In this document: in pieces, positions 28,401 to 40,400 of the stretch
Numbering within the stretch: position 1 is the stretch's first letter
Layout of the letters: every line of letters starts with the position of its first letter
Source of the DNA: Phoronis australis
Lineage: Eukaryota; Animalia; Phoronida
Reading direction: 5' to 3'
DNA: 64,000 nucleotides
Assembly: GCA_002633005.1 (NCBI GenBank)
Contig: NMRA01000440.1
Span: forward strand, 177,748 to 241,747
The notes under the pieces: model-generated
What the model was told of the DNA's origin: nothing
Database searches by the model: none
The model's input: only the letters and a program-made list of their open reading frames with translations
Made by a program: the position numbers and the translations under genes

Positions 28401-31400
28401 ATGAGCAATCTGTGTGAACCCGCTTCTTTAAACAATCCTCAGTGGGGCGCATTCGATAAATAGGTTTGTACCCTCGTTCAAATACTTTTGCATATCACGA
28501 ATCTCGATATAATAACCACTGGTACAAACACGTAGGTTGTATAACCTATGTTTACAACTGAAATCACCTTTAGCTTGAATCTTCAAAATGAGTTTGTATT
28601 AAGGCTAATTATGAGTTTTTACTAGAATGAAGAGCTCTTGGCAGAAGCTTTTCTCTCCGTTAAAGTCTGTCAAATATGTCTCAGCTTCTTCTTGAAGCCT
28701 GAGGTGGATTAACACAAGAGTGGACTTCTTTAGTCAACTCCTCTAGTTCTGAAGATATTGTCATCGAATTTGAAGCTTGTAAACAACTGAACAACAGCAA
28801 GACTACTTCAGAGATACATTTTGATTTGGATTGGTTTGTGTTCTGATGTCACACAGAAGACTGAACATAAAAATGAAAGCGCTCCGAGGAGCGAAACTTG
28901 GCGAAATTAACAGATAAGACGACGCTAGAGATGATGACGAAGATGATGGATATGACGATGATGGTGGCAATGATGAACAATACAGGTAATGATAACATTC
29001 CTATGACAAATTTAGAGGTCAGAAATCAGTAATAGGCTACAGTCTTGAGCGACACTTGGCGAACTGAAAAGACGATGACGGAGATGATGACGAAGATGAC
29101 AAATATGATGATGGTGGTGGTGATGAGGAACAACATCATAGCATTCATATGACGAACGTAGATGTCATAAATCAGTAAGGAATAGGCTACAGTCTTGTTC
29201 AATAGAAGCTAAACAAACATCAATGCAGCAAGATCGCTCAACAAAGGAACAGCGCTATCAGAAAATTTCAAATAATTCGAAAAGTAGACGTCCTAGCGAA
29301 AAATGGAAAACATCTTCTGAAAGCCCGTTCAAAACTGTTTCTTAATTGATAGTATTGCAAAATTACGTTAGTTCTTCGAAAAATTGAAATTTTGCGGGTT
29401 TTTTTTTGAAATTCAAAGTCAAATAACTCGAAAACGGTAAGTCTGAGAAAAAATCGTTAAGGTTCTTTTGAAAGAGTATACCTCAGAGAAAACACATGCA
29501 AAAATTCACGTCATTTTCTCTCCCATTTAAAATGGCACTCTGGCACGACTGAAAATGGGTCAACATGCGTCAGATTCGCCATCTTGGAATCAACTTCCAT
29601 TTTTTTTTAGGATTGCATAATAGCCGGCAACAGAAAACTAATACCTGAAAAATTTCAAAGAAATTGGTTTTTTAAAGTGCTCTCTACAGGACAAAACATT
29701 TTTTCCCGAAATCGAGGTGCGCATACGCCATTGCCGATATTTCTGACATTTTTGACCAGAAGTAAATGATTTCTAGCATAGTCGGAGGACCTGTATAGTT
29801 TCATAATTGTGCCGACTTTGAGCCCGATAGTCAAAAATTGCGGGTTCTATGAGCAACTGAATAAGAAATCGGAAACAAAATGGCCGCCATGTCCGCCATA
29901 TTGGATCTGATCATGACCAAAAACAATAGGCTTCCAGCACTTCCGGAGCTACACCTTGGGTGTAAATTTCATGTGGATAGGACGAAAATTGCGACCAGTA
30001 GAGTGCGAACAAAAAAAAAACTTGACATCAGAGCAACATACTTGGCAAAATTTATTAATCATTGACACATTGCCATTATTACTTGATTTGGACAGATTAT
30101 GGAGTTATGAGCCATTACCACACACAATCTAACACTGTGCCACCAGCCCATCAGCTAATTCGAAAGTATTAAGGAGAAATTTCTGAAAGAACCTTATGGA
30201 ATAAAAAAATCTACATAACCCATCACAAAATTGGCTGAAATTTTACTAGTAAACTTATATCTATCTAAAATGACACCAACCACTGTAATACACTCTTTGA
30301 CGTCTTCGTCTATTTTTATACTTCCTGAAAGTTTTACCAGAAACATGCAAAATTTTCAGGTAAAAAATTACTTCTTTTTAAACCACAATATTAGCGTCAA
30401 ATGGCAGATACAACTGTGTAATAACCCATAAGGTTATCTCACTTGTGAGATAACGATTTGGCGGGAAACCGAGGACGGAGTCGAACCGGGGACCTTGAAA
30501 TTGTTGCTCGCCGACTTTACCAGTACACCATGCAGCGACCGACGTCATCAAGAGTGAAAATAGAATACTTAAATGAGCACGTGCAATAATCGCATGTTCA
30601 ACAAACCGCATTGTACTGTACTTATACGCTATGAAAAATAAGACACATAATTTCCATAAAAATGATATCTTAATTCAGTGAAAATTTTCTCTCATGACCT
30701 CTTACTTGTAAATCACCAATCTACTGTTTGAATGCGAGTATCGTTTCGTCAGGATCTTTGACTTGAGAATTATATTCAGTTACCAGTGGTAACCTACTTT
30801 AGCAGACGATAATTTCCCAGTCGAAGCTTAGCGAGAAAAAAACGTGTTTTAAGCTATAATAGTTGGTAAACCTTAATTTATCAATTCAATTTATTTCTAT
30901 TATATTTAAGTTTTCAAATGGTTTTGAGTAAAAGCATTATTTGACAAAAATAGCCCGGTTTTTCTTAAAAGGTCACAACCTCCGACCCCGGGCCTCTGAC
31001 ATAGAAAGTAGTTACAAAGCCGTGGAGAGTCAGAAAAGGTAAATCAATTCATTGCAATGTTTCTCGTTTAGTATGTGGTATATGTTCTCAGCTGTTATCC
31101 CCCTTATCTAGAGCCCTCGTGGATTTTGGAGGATTATCACCCTCGGGGTGAACACTCCTCGGGCGATAATTCTCCAAAATCCACTCGGGCTCTAGATAAC
31201 GGGGGATAACGACTTCGCCATGTAATAATCTATATTGAACAGGATTAATCAGTGTAGATTAGAAACTGATATTCGATACTGCGTAGGCATGTACAATATT
31301 CATCCCCCAGTCCAAAAATATATAATTCTCAAAGAAATGAAATAACACCGCTTTGTGAGGCAACTCCTTTCGTCGTACAACCTAATTCAAGTACCCAAAC

Positions 31401-34400
31401 TCAAACTAAGTTATTGATAAGAATATAGCAAGCCGTTTACAAAACGACTCTTGAAATTAGTAGACAATGAACAAGAGTTACAATTACAATCAAAAGTCTG
31501 GTTGCCTTTTGATTTTATGCACAGAAATTCAACTGAAAACTCGCATTTTAGTTGTCATGTGTCAAGTATTTGGTGCAACTGCTCAGTAATAAAAAATACA
31601 AACACTGATTGAAAGTTTTTAATAGGCAGTAGAATCATTATTAGTGTGCAGAATGATCTTGCTTACAATTTTTATGCTCTCAAACTGGTTGGTTGTACGA
31701 GAGTTGTAATTAGACTTTTAGTACAGAGGGTAAATCCGGCAAGTGACACCTTGTGGCACTACAGTAGAACTTCCTGTCCATGGAAATGACTGCTGTAGTG
31801 TAGTTTGAAAATGCTTGCATTAAGAAGTCTTTATCAAGGAAGGAAGCTACACAAGAATTGCACACAAAGTGCAGCTGATTATTTAGGATATACTTGTAAT
31901 GTGACTGAGCCAGTTTTTGAATAGGAGCTCATCTTGGCCAGGTAGAGGGGGTGTGTATGGTATATTGCTCAGTGCACCGGTGCAGAGTATTGTTCACTTC
32001 ATTGGGTGAAATAAATGCTCCCTTGGGCATTGACAGACACATGTGTGATCTAGTGAGGGAAGCTGCACCTGATGACAATGCAAGGCAGTGGGTGTCTACC
32101 TCCAGTGTATTTGGAATATCGGCACTTCCATCGGCTTCTTACGAAGGCAGCTGGCCACGTTCCACTTTTAATGAAATTGAGTCAAGGTGGGCACTACACA
32201 AAGGCAAACGGAGTTCCAGATTTGCTCACGATGTGAAAGTGTTATTGACAGAAAGTTTGCATCTGGACAAACAACAGGTGTCAAGTGTACCCCTACTAAA
32301 GAAACGAGGTTAACGAACAATGGCCAGACAAAACCCTTTAATTGAAATGACTGGCTAAACAAGGCCCAAATCAGTGGCTTTTTTCTCCCATGACTGCCTC
32401 TTCTTAAGCTGTCTGCAGGACGGAGATGCGCACACGATGAAGGGAGGACTATTAAGATCCCAACTATTACATGAAGATCTGACCATTTATTACATGAAGA
32501 TCTGACCTAACATCCAGTCCGTTCTACTAGAAAGTTCTGTTAATGCCTTTTTGCTGTTGGTTGATTGTCGAAATTTAAAAATCCACACATGGCTACCAAT
32601 CCCTCAACTTTTGGGCAGAATATCGACCCCATTAACCTCAGAAACATATTGAAAAATCCCGCAAAATTCGTCACATGATGCCCAAAAATTTCCTTCAAGT
32701 GATTGAAAAATTCCCTTCGAGGTTCAAACCACTTGTAACTCACACATATGACAATTCAAAAAAGCACAAAATGTTAGTTTTGGTTACTTGAGGCAGAGCC
32801 TATAAAGGCTTGCAACACGGTGGGGGTGCTATTGATGGTGACCGGTAGGTAGAATTTTCCCTTTCACCCCAAATATTCCCCTATCAGAAGGCACAGATAC
32901 CTTGAACAGATGAACGAGGGCCCTGCCAGAATTATTTCTTAACGTTCATACATTTTAATTTGTTCAGTATTTTATATCGTCACATGAATTTATTCTGTGG
33001 ACAGAAGGAAAAAAATACAAAATATTTGTACTTTAAATCATTGTTACCATAAGGGTTGAAATTTACAAAAGCACTTTTTCCGCTCAAGTCCAAGGGGGAG
33101 CTTCAGATAGCGATTACTTGACATACAGCATCACGTAGAGTTTCTAAAAATCCCACTTACGCATATTTGATAAAGACCAAGGTCACTAGATTTAATAATT
33201 ACGTCCTTCAGCACTTTTACACGTTACAAGCTCTCACCATAACATCTCACTGTATCACTAACCTCCATAGCAAGGATTACTGTTCTGTAAAGAATGACCT
33301 ATATGCAAATGTTTGAATGCATACATAAGGGTCATTACATAGATGCTCATGTTCAAATACATGTAAAACGGTTTATTCAAGTGGACATTTTTACTTTCAC
33401 GCCAGTTCCATGAGAATTATGAAACAAATGCATCTTTTGGGTGCACAAATCCAGACCATCAGAGGCAAAAACATGGTTTATGCAATCAAGATTCTTTCTG
33501 AGTGACCGCTTAAGCAGACACTGCCAACAGTTTCTTTAGGCTAAAATGCAACTACACAAATCTTAGAAAAAATCACAAAGAAGAAAAGATTTCATAACCC
33601 ATACTCGAGCCCGTTGAAAGGTAAAAGTTAAGTTTTCTAGTTACATGTTACACTCTGACATACTGTATTGCAGAGACTGAGTAACACTGTGTTATACAAT
33701 AGTGCTTTGTAATATGTTGATGCATCAAAGTCGCCCCCCAGAACCTCCAGAATAACTGCTACTTTTACTCTTGTCCCTACCCTTCCAGGTACTGCCCCAT
33801 CACTACCAATTCGAAATGAATGTTGTCACCAGACTACGTAGGAAAATCACTTAAGGTAACAAAAGGGGGATAACAGCTCGTCCCTCCCCGACACCCCCTT
33901 TTTTGGGCTTCCAATGGTCCCAAAACCCTCAAATTGAAAAAATACCTCCAAATTCACATAGCGTATACAAATGACTATGTTTGTAGTACATACTTGAATA
34001 AAACTGCCGTGTAATGACTGTATCTAGGTAGCCAGATACAACAAGGTATACTCAATAACAGAACATGTAAACCACTACGAGGGCAAAAGACCAAACTTTT
34101 GACTTTATGTATTAAATTATAAACTAGCCCAATACTACCAAATCACACTGGTTTCATATTCACATGTGCTATATCCTTTGCTTGCTTTCTCACTGGAAAT
34201 GGCCAAAATCAACCCGTTGAAAATTCACCAAAATTCTCAATTTTTTGGAAAGCCAGTTTAAAATGTCTAACTGAAATATCAAAAGTGTTTCTGAATCCTA
34301 AGATTAGATACATTCACAGAAAAAATAGCTATTCCTAACTTTTTATGCTGTCTCAATAATCTTGTAAATATGACAGCTTTTTAACTAAAATTAGTGTCGA

Positions 34401-37400
34401 AAAAATCATTTTTGCAAGATCAGCATAAAAACAAAAACGAGGCTTGTGTCATAAAAATCAAAGGTGACTTAGTGCATACCTAGGAGCAGGCCTTTATGCA
34501 GTGTAGGTCCTGGCGTCCATTTGGACGCCCTAGCACTAATCTGGACACCCTGGTAAGGACGCCCAATGTATCATTTGGACGCCCACTGTCAATAGGAACC
34601 TTTCAAGTTTGGACTCACACATTGTAATGATTACTAGGAAGCCTCTGAAGGCTCACAGTGGGGGCTCTTTTTTCAAAGCAGGAAGAAATATACAATGTAT
34701 ATACAATGTTGCTATGCTCACACTTGGATGATAGCATTGTAAAAGTCTTGGTCTACAGTTTTTTAGTAAAAATGCTCACTTAACTTAGATGCAAAAACCT
34801 TGGTCTATGCATTTTTTGTAAAAAAAATCTGTGTGGGGAGATTGCTGGGGGTGGGGGGTTACGCATCAGAGTCATGGACGCCCTGGAATATTGGGAACTC
34901 CATTTTGGACACCCTACGGTGTATTTTTGAAATCCTGGATAAAGGCCTGCCTAGGAGTAGACCAAGCCTTCATAAAGTTTTAGGAAAATCTGTCACAGTC
35001 GATGTAGAATCAACTAAAGGTGCTCTCAGAAATTCCTACTTAAAGCCTTTTTATTTTATCCACATTCAATATCACAATTGTTTTTAAAAAACTATTCACA
35101 ACCAGGTGAATGCAAACCTGCATCAAGCCATTGCTGCTCTCACTATTACGCTTCTATAGAAAAGATGGGTTTTCAAAGGCTAAAATACTCATTAAGGTTT
35201 TTCAAAATCCTTTTTTTAAAAACTGGTAGTTGACTGACTGAATGGTAACAGCTCAAACATAGCCTCCTTCAATGACTTACTAAGCTAATGTAGTAAAACA
35301 GTGACTTTCATTCTCAGTCAGTATGTTGTTTTCAGATACCAAAATTGAGGCCAAACCGAGGTTAGCAGCACCATTTTGGGGTCTGAAAACCAACAAACTG
35401 ACCTCACTGAAGTTGTATATTAATGCTTATACTAAAATCTTTAACAGTGCTGCTGTTGAATGTATACCGCACTGGTATTTTGATATGTCAATTAATTTTC
35501 CAACTATTCCAACACAATAGTCAAACGTCAATAGATGGCACTACCTACCTTGTCATCATCCTGCCATCCAATACACACCACTTTGAATGTGGTCTCCTCC
35601 TCAATGCCTTCTGTTGGAAAAATGGTACACCTGCCTTTCACAGGACTAGCGTTGATTCGGAAATAGACCTTGGCATCACCACGACGACCAGAGGCACCTA
35701 TGGGAGATAAATGAAACTAGAGGTGCTGAAGCCTTAATAAGGGCATTTTCAGAGGGAAGTCATTCAATGTGTTTTGACAGACAAACTCATTTGAAAAACA
35801 CCCCATCCAGTAATCCCGTCTTACAAAAAAGCCCCCTCTCCTACTAGAGGGAATTTTACTCAGGAAGGAACGTGTTTTGTTGCTTTTGGCTTCATGGCCA
35901 GTCCATTTTACCTTTTATATTTAAATCCTCTAGCCATAAACACAAACGATTCAGTCACTATAATTCCTACATCATGTGCTTGGGGCATGAAACGTTTAAC
36001 ATTTTCTTAGCAATGATACATTCATTATCAAATGAACAAGTCACACAATAGGTGCATAGGCAGTTAGCCTCAACTTACAGCCACCCCACTCACCAGACAC
36101 TTCACTATCCGTCAGCCCCACCATTACCCCCCACGGTCAGCCCACTCACCAGACACTGCACTATCTCAGGGCTTGGAATGACCCATGACAAAAAAAGAGT
36201 AAATTTTTACGGCCCTAAATACAAATTTCAATCTAAACCGTACCTCAACAGATCAAAAATAAACATTAGTACCACAAGATGCCCTGTTACTGTGTCGTGT
36301 TGGCAAAACGCACTCCTCTTAAGCAGTACCTGACATCTATTTCAGCAACAGAGCACAAACCTTGGTTTGTGAACACATTGACCGTTTCTTTGATCCACAA
36401 TTCCACGAAATATTTCGTCTAATTCACGCTACACGCATTTTTGACCGCAGAATCGCACTATTTGTCATCGCGATTTTATACCAAATGCAGATGCCATTGA
36501 TGAACCACGCTATCCCAGGCACTTGAATTTATCTGTTCCTCATATGCCACTGACGTCACTCACGACTAAGAAAACATGTTTGTTATATATGGTTAGGAGT
36601 CATCGGCAAATTCGAGCTCCCCTGTGATCCGCAATTACAATTTTCATTCCTTCGAAACATAAAGAGCAGTTTCCGCTTTTTGAGTCGTCGGCAACGCCGG
36701 GGTGAGAAACCAATCTACCGCGATACTTTTATGGTAAATCCGATTTTTCCGCGGAAATATAACAAAAATATGCGGATCGAATATAAGAAAAAGTGGAAAT
36801 CCGCGTTCCCACGGACAATTGCAAGCCTTGTATCTGTCACTGCCACCATTACTCCTCCATTGTCACCCCACTCAGTAAGCCCTGCACTACTTATCAGCCT
36901 CACCATAACCCCGCCCATGGCCACCCCACCCCACTCACATGGCCCTGCACTACTTATCAGCCTCACCATAACCCCGCCCATGGCCACCCCACCCCACTCA
37001 CATGGCCCTGCACTACTTATCAGCCTCACCATAACCCCGCCCNATGGCCCTGCACTATCTATCAGCCCCACCATAACTCCACCCATGGCCAATCTACTCA
37101 CCAGGCTCTGAAGCAGTAAATTGGACCAGATAACGGCGCCCTTGACTCAATACGCCAGGTTTCAACACCAGGGACTTGTTCTTCAGTCCTGTGCCCGTCT
37201 GGTCCGCTCGAATGATGATCCGGTAACGAGTTTCCGTCAGGATGTGCTCGTCAAAACCCCCCTGATGATTTCCATCCACTGCCGGGTCCACAGGGCCACC
37301 GTTGGGAGGTGGAGTTGTCACTGAGCCAGTGTTGCCCTGTCCCTGATTTTGGCCACTACCCTGGCCACGCCCACCACCACCTCCTTCCTTGATCTCACCT

Positions 37401-40400
37401 GAAATTGTCAGGCAACGTCGTAATCAGACGCTTTTTGATCAAAGTACCATAGAAGCTAATGCCTTGCTCACATACTGGGCAATGCTTGCCCCAATACTGT
37501 CCACTGAATTACTGTCCACTGAATTACTGTCCACTGAATTACATTCCAGCGGATCAGGTGACTTTTATAAATCACAAACATTCTGACAACACTTCCAATA
37601 ACAGCATGACTGTCACCTCAATACGACAAAAAACTCAAATGACAGACTCAATGTATCAACTGCACTTGACATACTTCTGAATTCATTCCAGAAAGAAATG
37701 CATGCAACTACAACTACTAATCAAACAGATAAATATATATTTTTGACTGTCACATTGACAAAACACCAAACACTTTGTGATTAGGATGATAACTATAACC
37801 CTCAAGTCACCTAACTGTTTAAGTCAAAGTACAACCAGAAACATCTAAGGATGCAATCTAAGTGAAGACTACGACAGAAGCAACATCAAAAGTTGTACAT
37901 TTTGTTTCCAGAAATGTAATTAACATTTCTCAGACAACCCAAGCCCAAACTTTTATTCATTACGGTAGTTGGACCTCAAAATAAATGTTATTTGAACACA
38001 TTGCTGCATTCATGTTCCAATTGATAGGTCATGAACTAGCCTCGAAATTATTTCTTGTCAACATAAATTTGTGCAAAGTCACTATGAACAACAGAAGAGT
38101 AAAGACAGTTACGAACAACCTAACACTTAGAATACATACTGTTTTCACTGAAGTTGTAGTTGAATAAGGAATCAGAATCCCGCTTCCTTCCCGAGTTGAC
38201 TGAAATAAGAAATAGAGTCTGAATAAAACATCATCCCACTAAAGTACAACCATAGACACTACTATTTCCACACCACAAATTACCAGTTGAGCAGACTCTC
38301 TATAACCTACTGTAAACACCCTAATAAGTGCCCAGGGTGGAGTTTATAATAACCTAAGACGGATGAAACCTGGTTTCCAAAACAGGAGAAGTCAGAAGCT
38401 AGGATACATCAAATTTACGCTCTGTGACGTATCTGTAACCTATGGCAGACTTTCTACAAACTTGTGGTGCATTGTGATCAAACTTCTTTGTTAAATTACG
38501 ATCACTGCAGAAAACTGTGCTGAAATCCCAGGGCGTAAACTTGCCGATGCGTCACTGACTCACAATTGTTGACAGGCAACAAGAGAAAGGTGGAGTGTTG
38601 AAATGCAACCATAACTGCACCGCAAATGGTGTGCTTCTAGGGGTGTTTATTTTGCATCGTAAAAATGGCCATTAGATGGCTCAAAACACGTTGAACGCAT
38701 GGAAAAATGGGAAGGTGTCATTGTGTCTCAAAACGGCCAAATTTCAAAATCCACAAAGAACTCCAAAGATATAAAGCAAACGTAAAAAAACAAACTGCAA
38801 TTAGAAACCAATACAGAAATAGTAGTAGAATCCGTCCATCTGCTGTCAAGTTAATAGGAATACAATTCCAAAATATCAAAAACATCTTACAAGGGACTTA
38901 GGAGATACAGCCGTATACAAGAAAAAATGTCACATTTGCCAGGGAAAATGCAATGTGATGATCTAGGTGTGCAATGTACCTACAGAAATTAACAAAAGCT
39001 GTAAAGCAGAACGTGTTTCTTATTTAGCACTTGCTAGTCTCGCCTAAAATTAAAACGTGCGAGAATTGTCTCGGTAGGGCCGATATATAATAATGTCCCA
39101 TGACGTGTACACCCTGCTCTCACCAAGCACTTAACCATCGCAAAAGATCTTCCTCAATATCAGAGAATTTCACTTTTCCTTTACAACCACCATTTTGTGC
39201 TTTCGCCTCACATGTGCCATTTGTGCTGGTGATTTCAGCTCAACCTCAACAGTTTGCCATTCCCAAACTCTTTTTCTATCGATGTTGAACGTCTTTGCCG
39301 CCTGACTACTACTGTTAAGTTTCGCAAATTCAACAACTTTGAAGCTTAAACATACGAATGTAGTTTTCTTGTTAGGAGAGGTTTAACTTTCCATGATGCG
39401 AATTTTACTGGAAAAGGGGCAAGAAAACCATGGTTGAAACAGTGTGTGTCAGTCGCTTTAGTGTAAGGGTGAGGAGGTGTTCACTTATAAGTGGGGAATT
39501 TTATCAGACATTTGACTTTAAAAAACAACAATTATGAGTAAATTAATATTAAGGTGATTAATAAAAAAATTCCTTAAAAATAACACAAAAGTTTTTTATA
39601 TCAGATACTTTTGGAAATTAGTGCCAATATTTATTTCTTGGCGATGCTATGCTACCTGTGGTTTCATGAATAAATAGTTCCCATAGACTAATGTCAACGA
39701 TGACAAGAATATAGCGCGCGCTTCCTGGCCACGTGCTTTTAACACCAGATTTCTTTGTTCATGAGAAAGTCATCTGCTGAATGACACGCTTGAGTACCAG
39801 TCTTCAATTCATGGTTTTCACTTGTACAAAGAAATTTGGAATTCTGTTAAGGATGAATAATTGGAAACATTACATAAAACATTCAATCCCATTGACAAGT
39901 ATGCTGCGTACCATAAAGGGACACATTCCTAGAGAGATCAGCAAAACTGGTGCATTCTTTTTGAAGCACGTGAAAGTCACGGCTAAATACCGACATAGCG
40001 GCGAGGCTGGTGATCTAGAAATTACATGCACAATGATTTTTCCAGGACTGCTTGATATTGTAACAGGGAAAATCTGAAATATTTTATCAACATTAGGCAA
40101 CTCTCAGCAGCTTTGTTACGTGTGTCACTCAGTGGACCTGTTTAGGAACTCTAATGTGCCCCTGAACCCAAATGAAGCATCTCAACCTGAACTGTAAAAA
40201 GAACCGCACGGACATAAGTGTCATATTTTTCACAACTACTGATATGACTGGGTGCAAGTTGCGGGATAATACAGTAACTCCACAAGACTGGGTGCAAGTT
40301 GTGGGATAATACAGTAACTCCACAACACAGAGTGTAAGTTGTGGGACAATACAGTAACTCCACAAGACTGAATGTAAGTTGTGGGATAATACAGTAACTC

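Noticed and set aside
31951-32313. 120-aa plus-strand ORF in a coding-looking stretch
   Set aside because: It has no recognisable domain and the upstream frames are broken by stops; possibly a TE relic, left unassigned.
36680-37119. Pro/His-rich ORFs on both strands
   Set aside because: They are translations of the 63-bp minisatellite and a MITE end.
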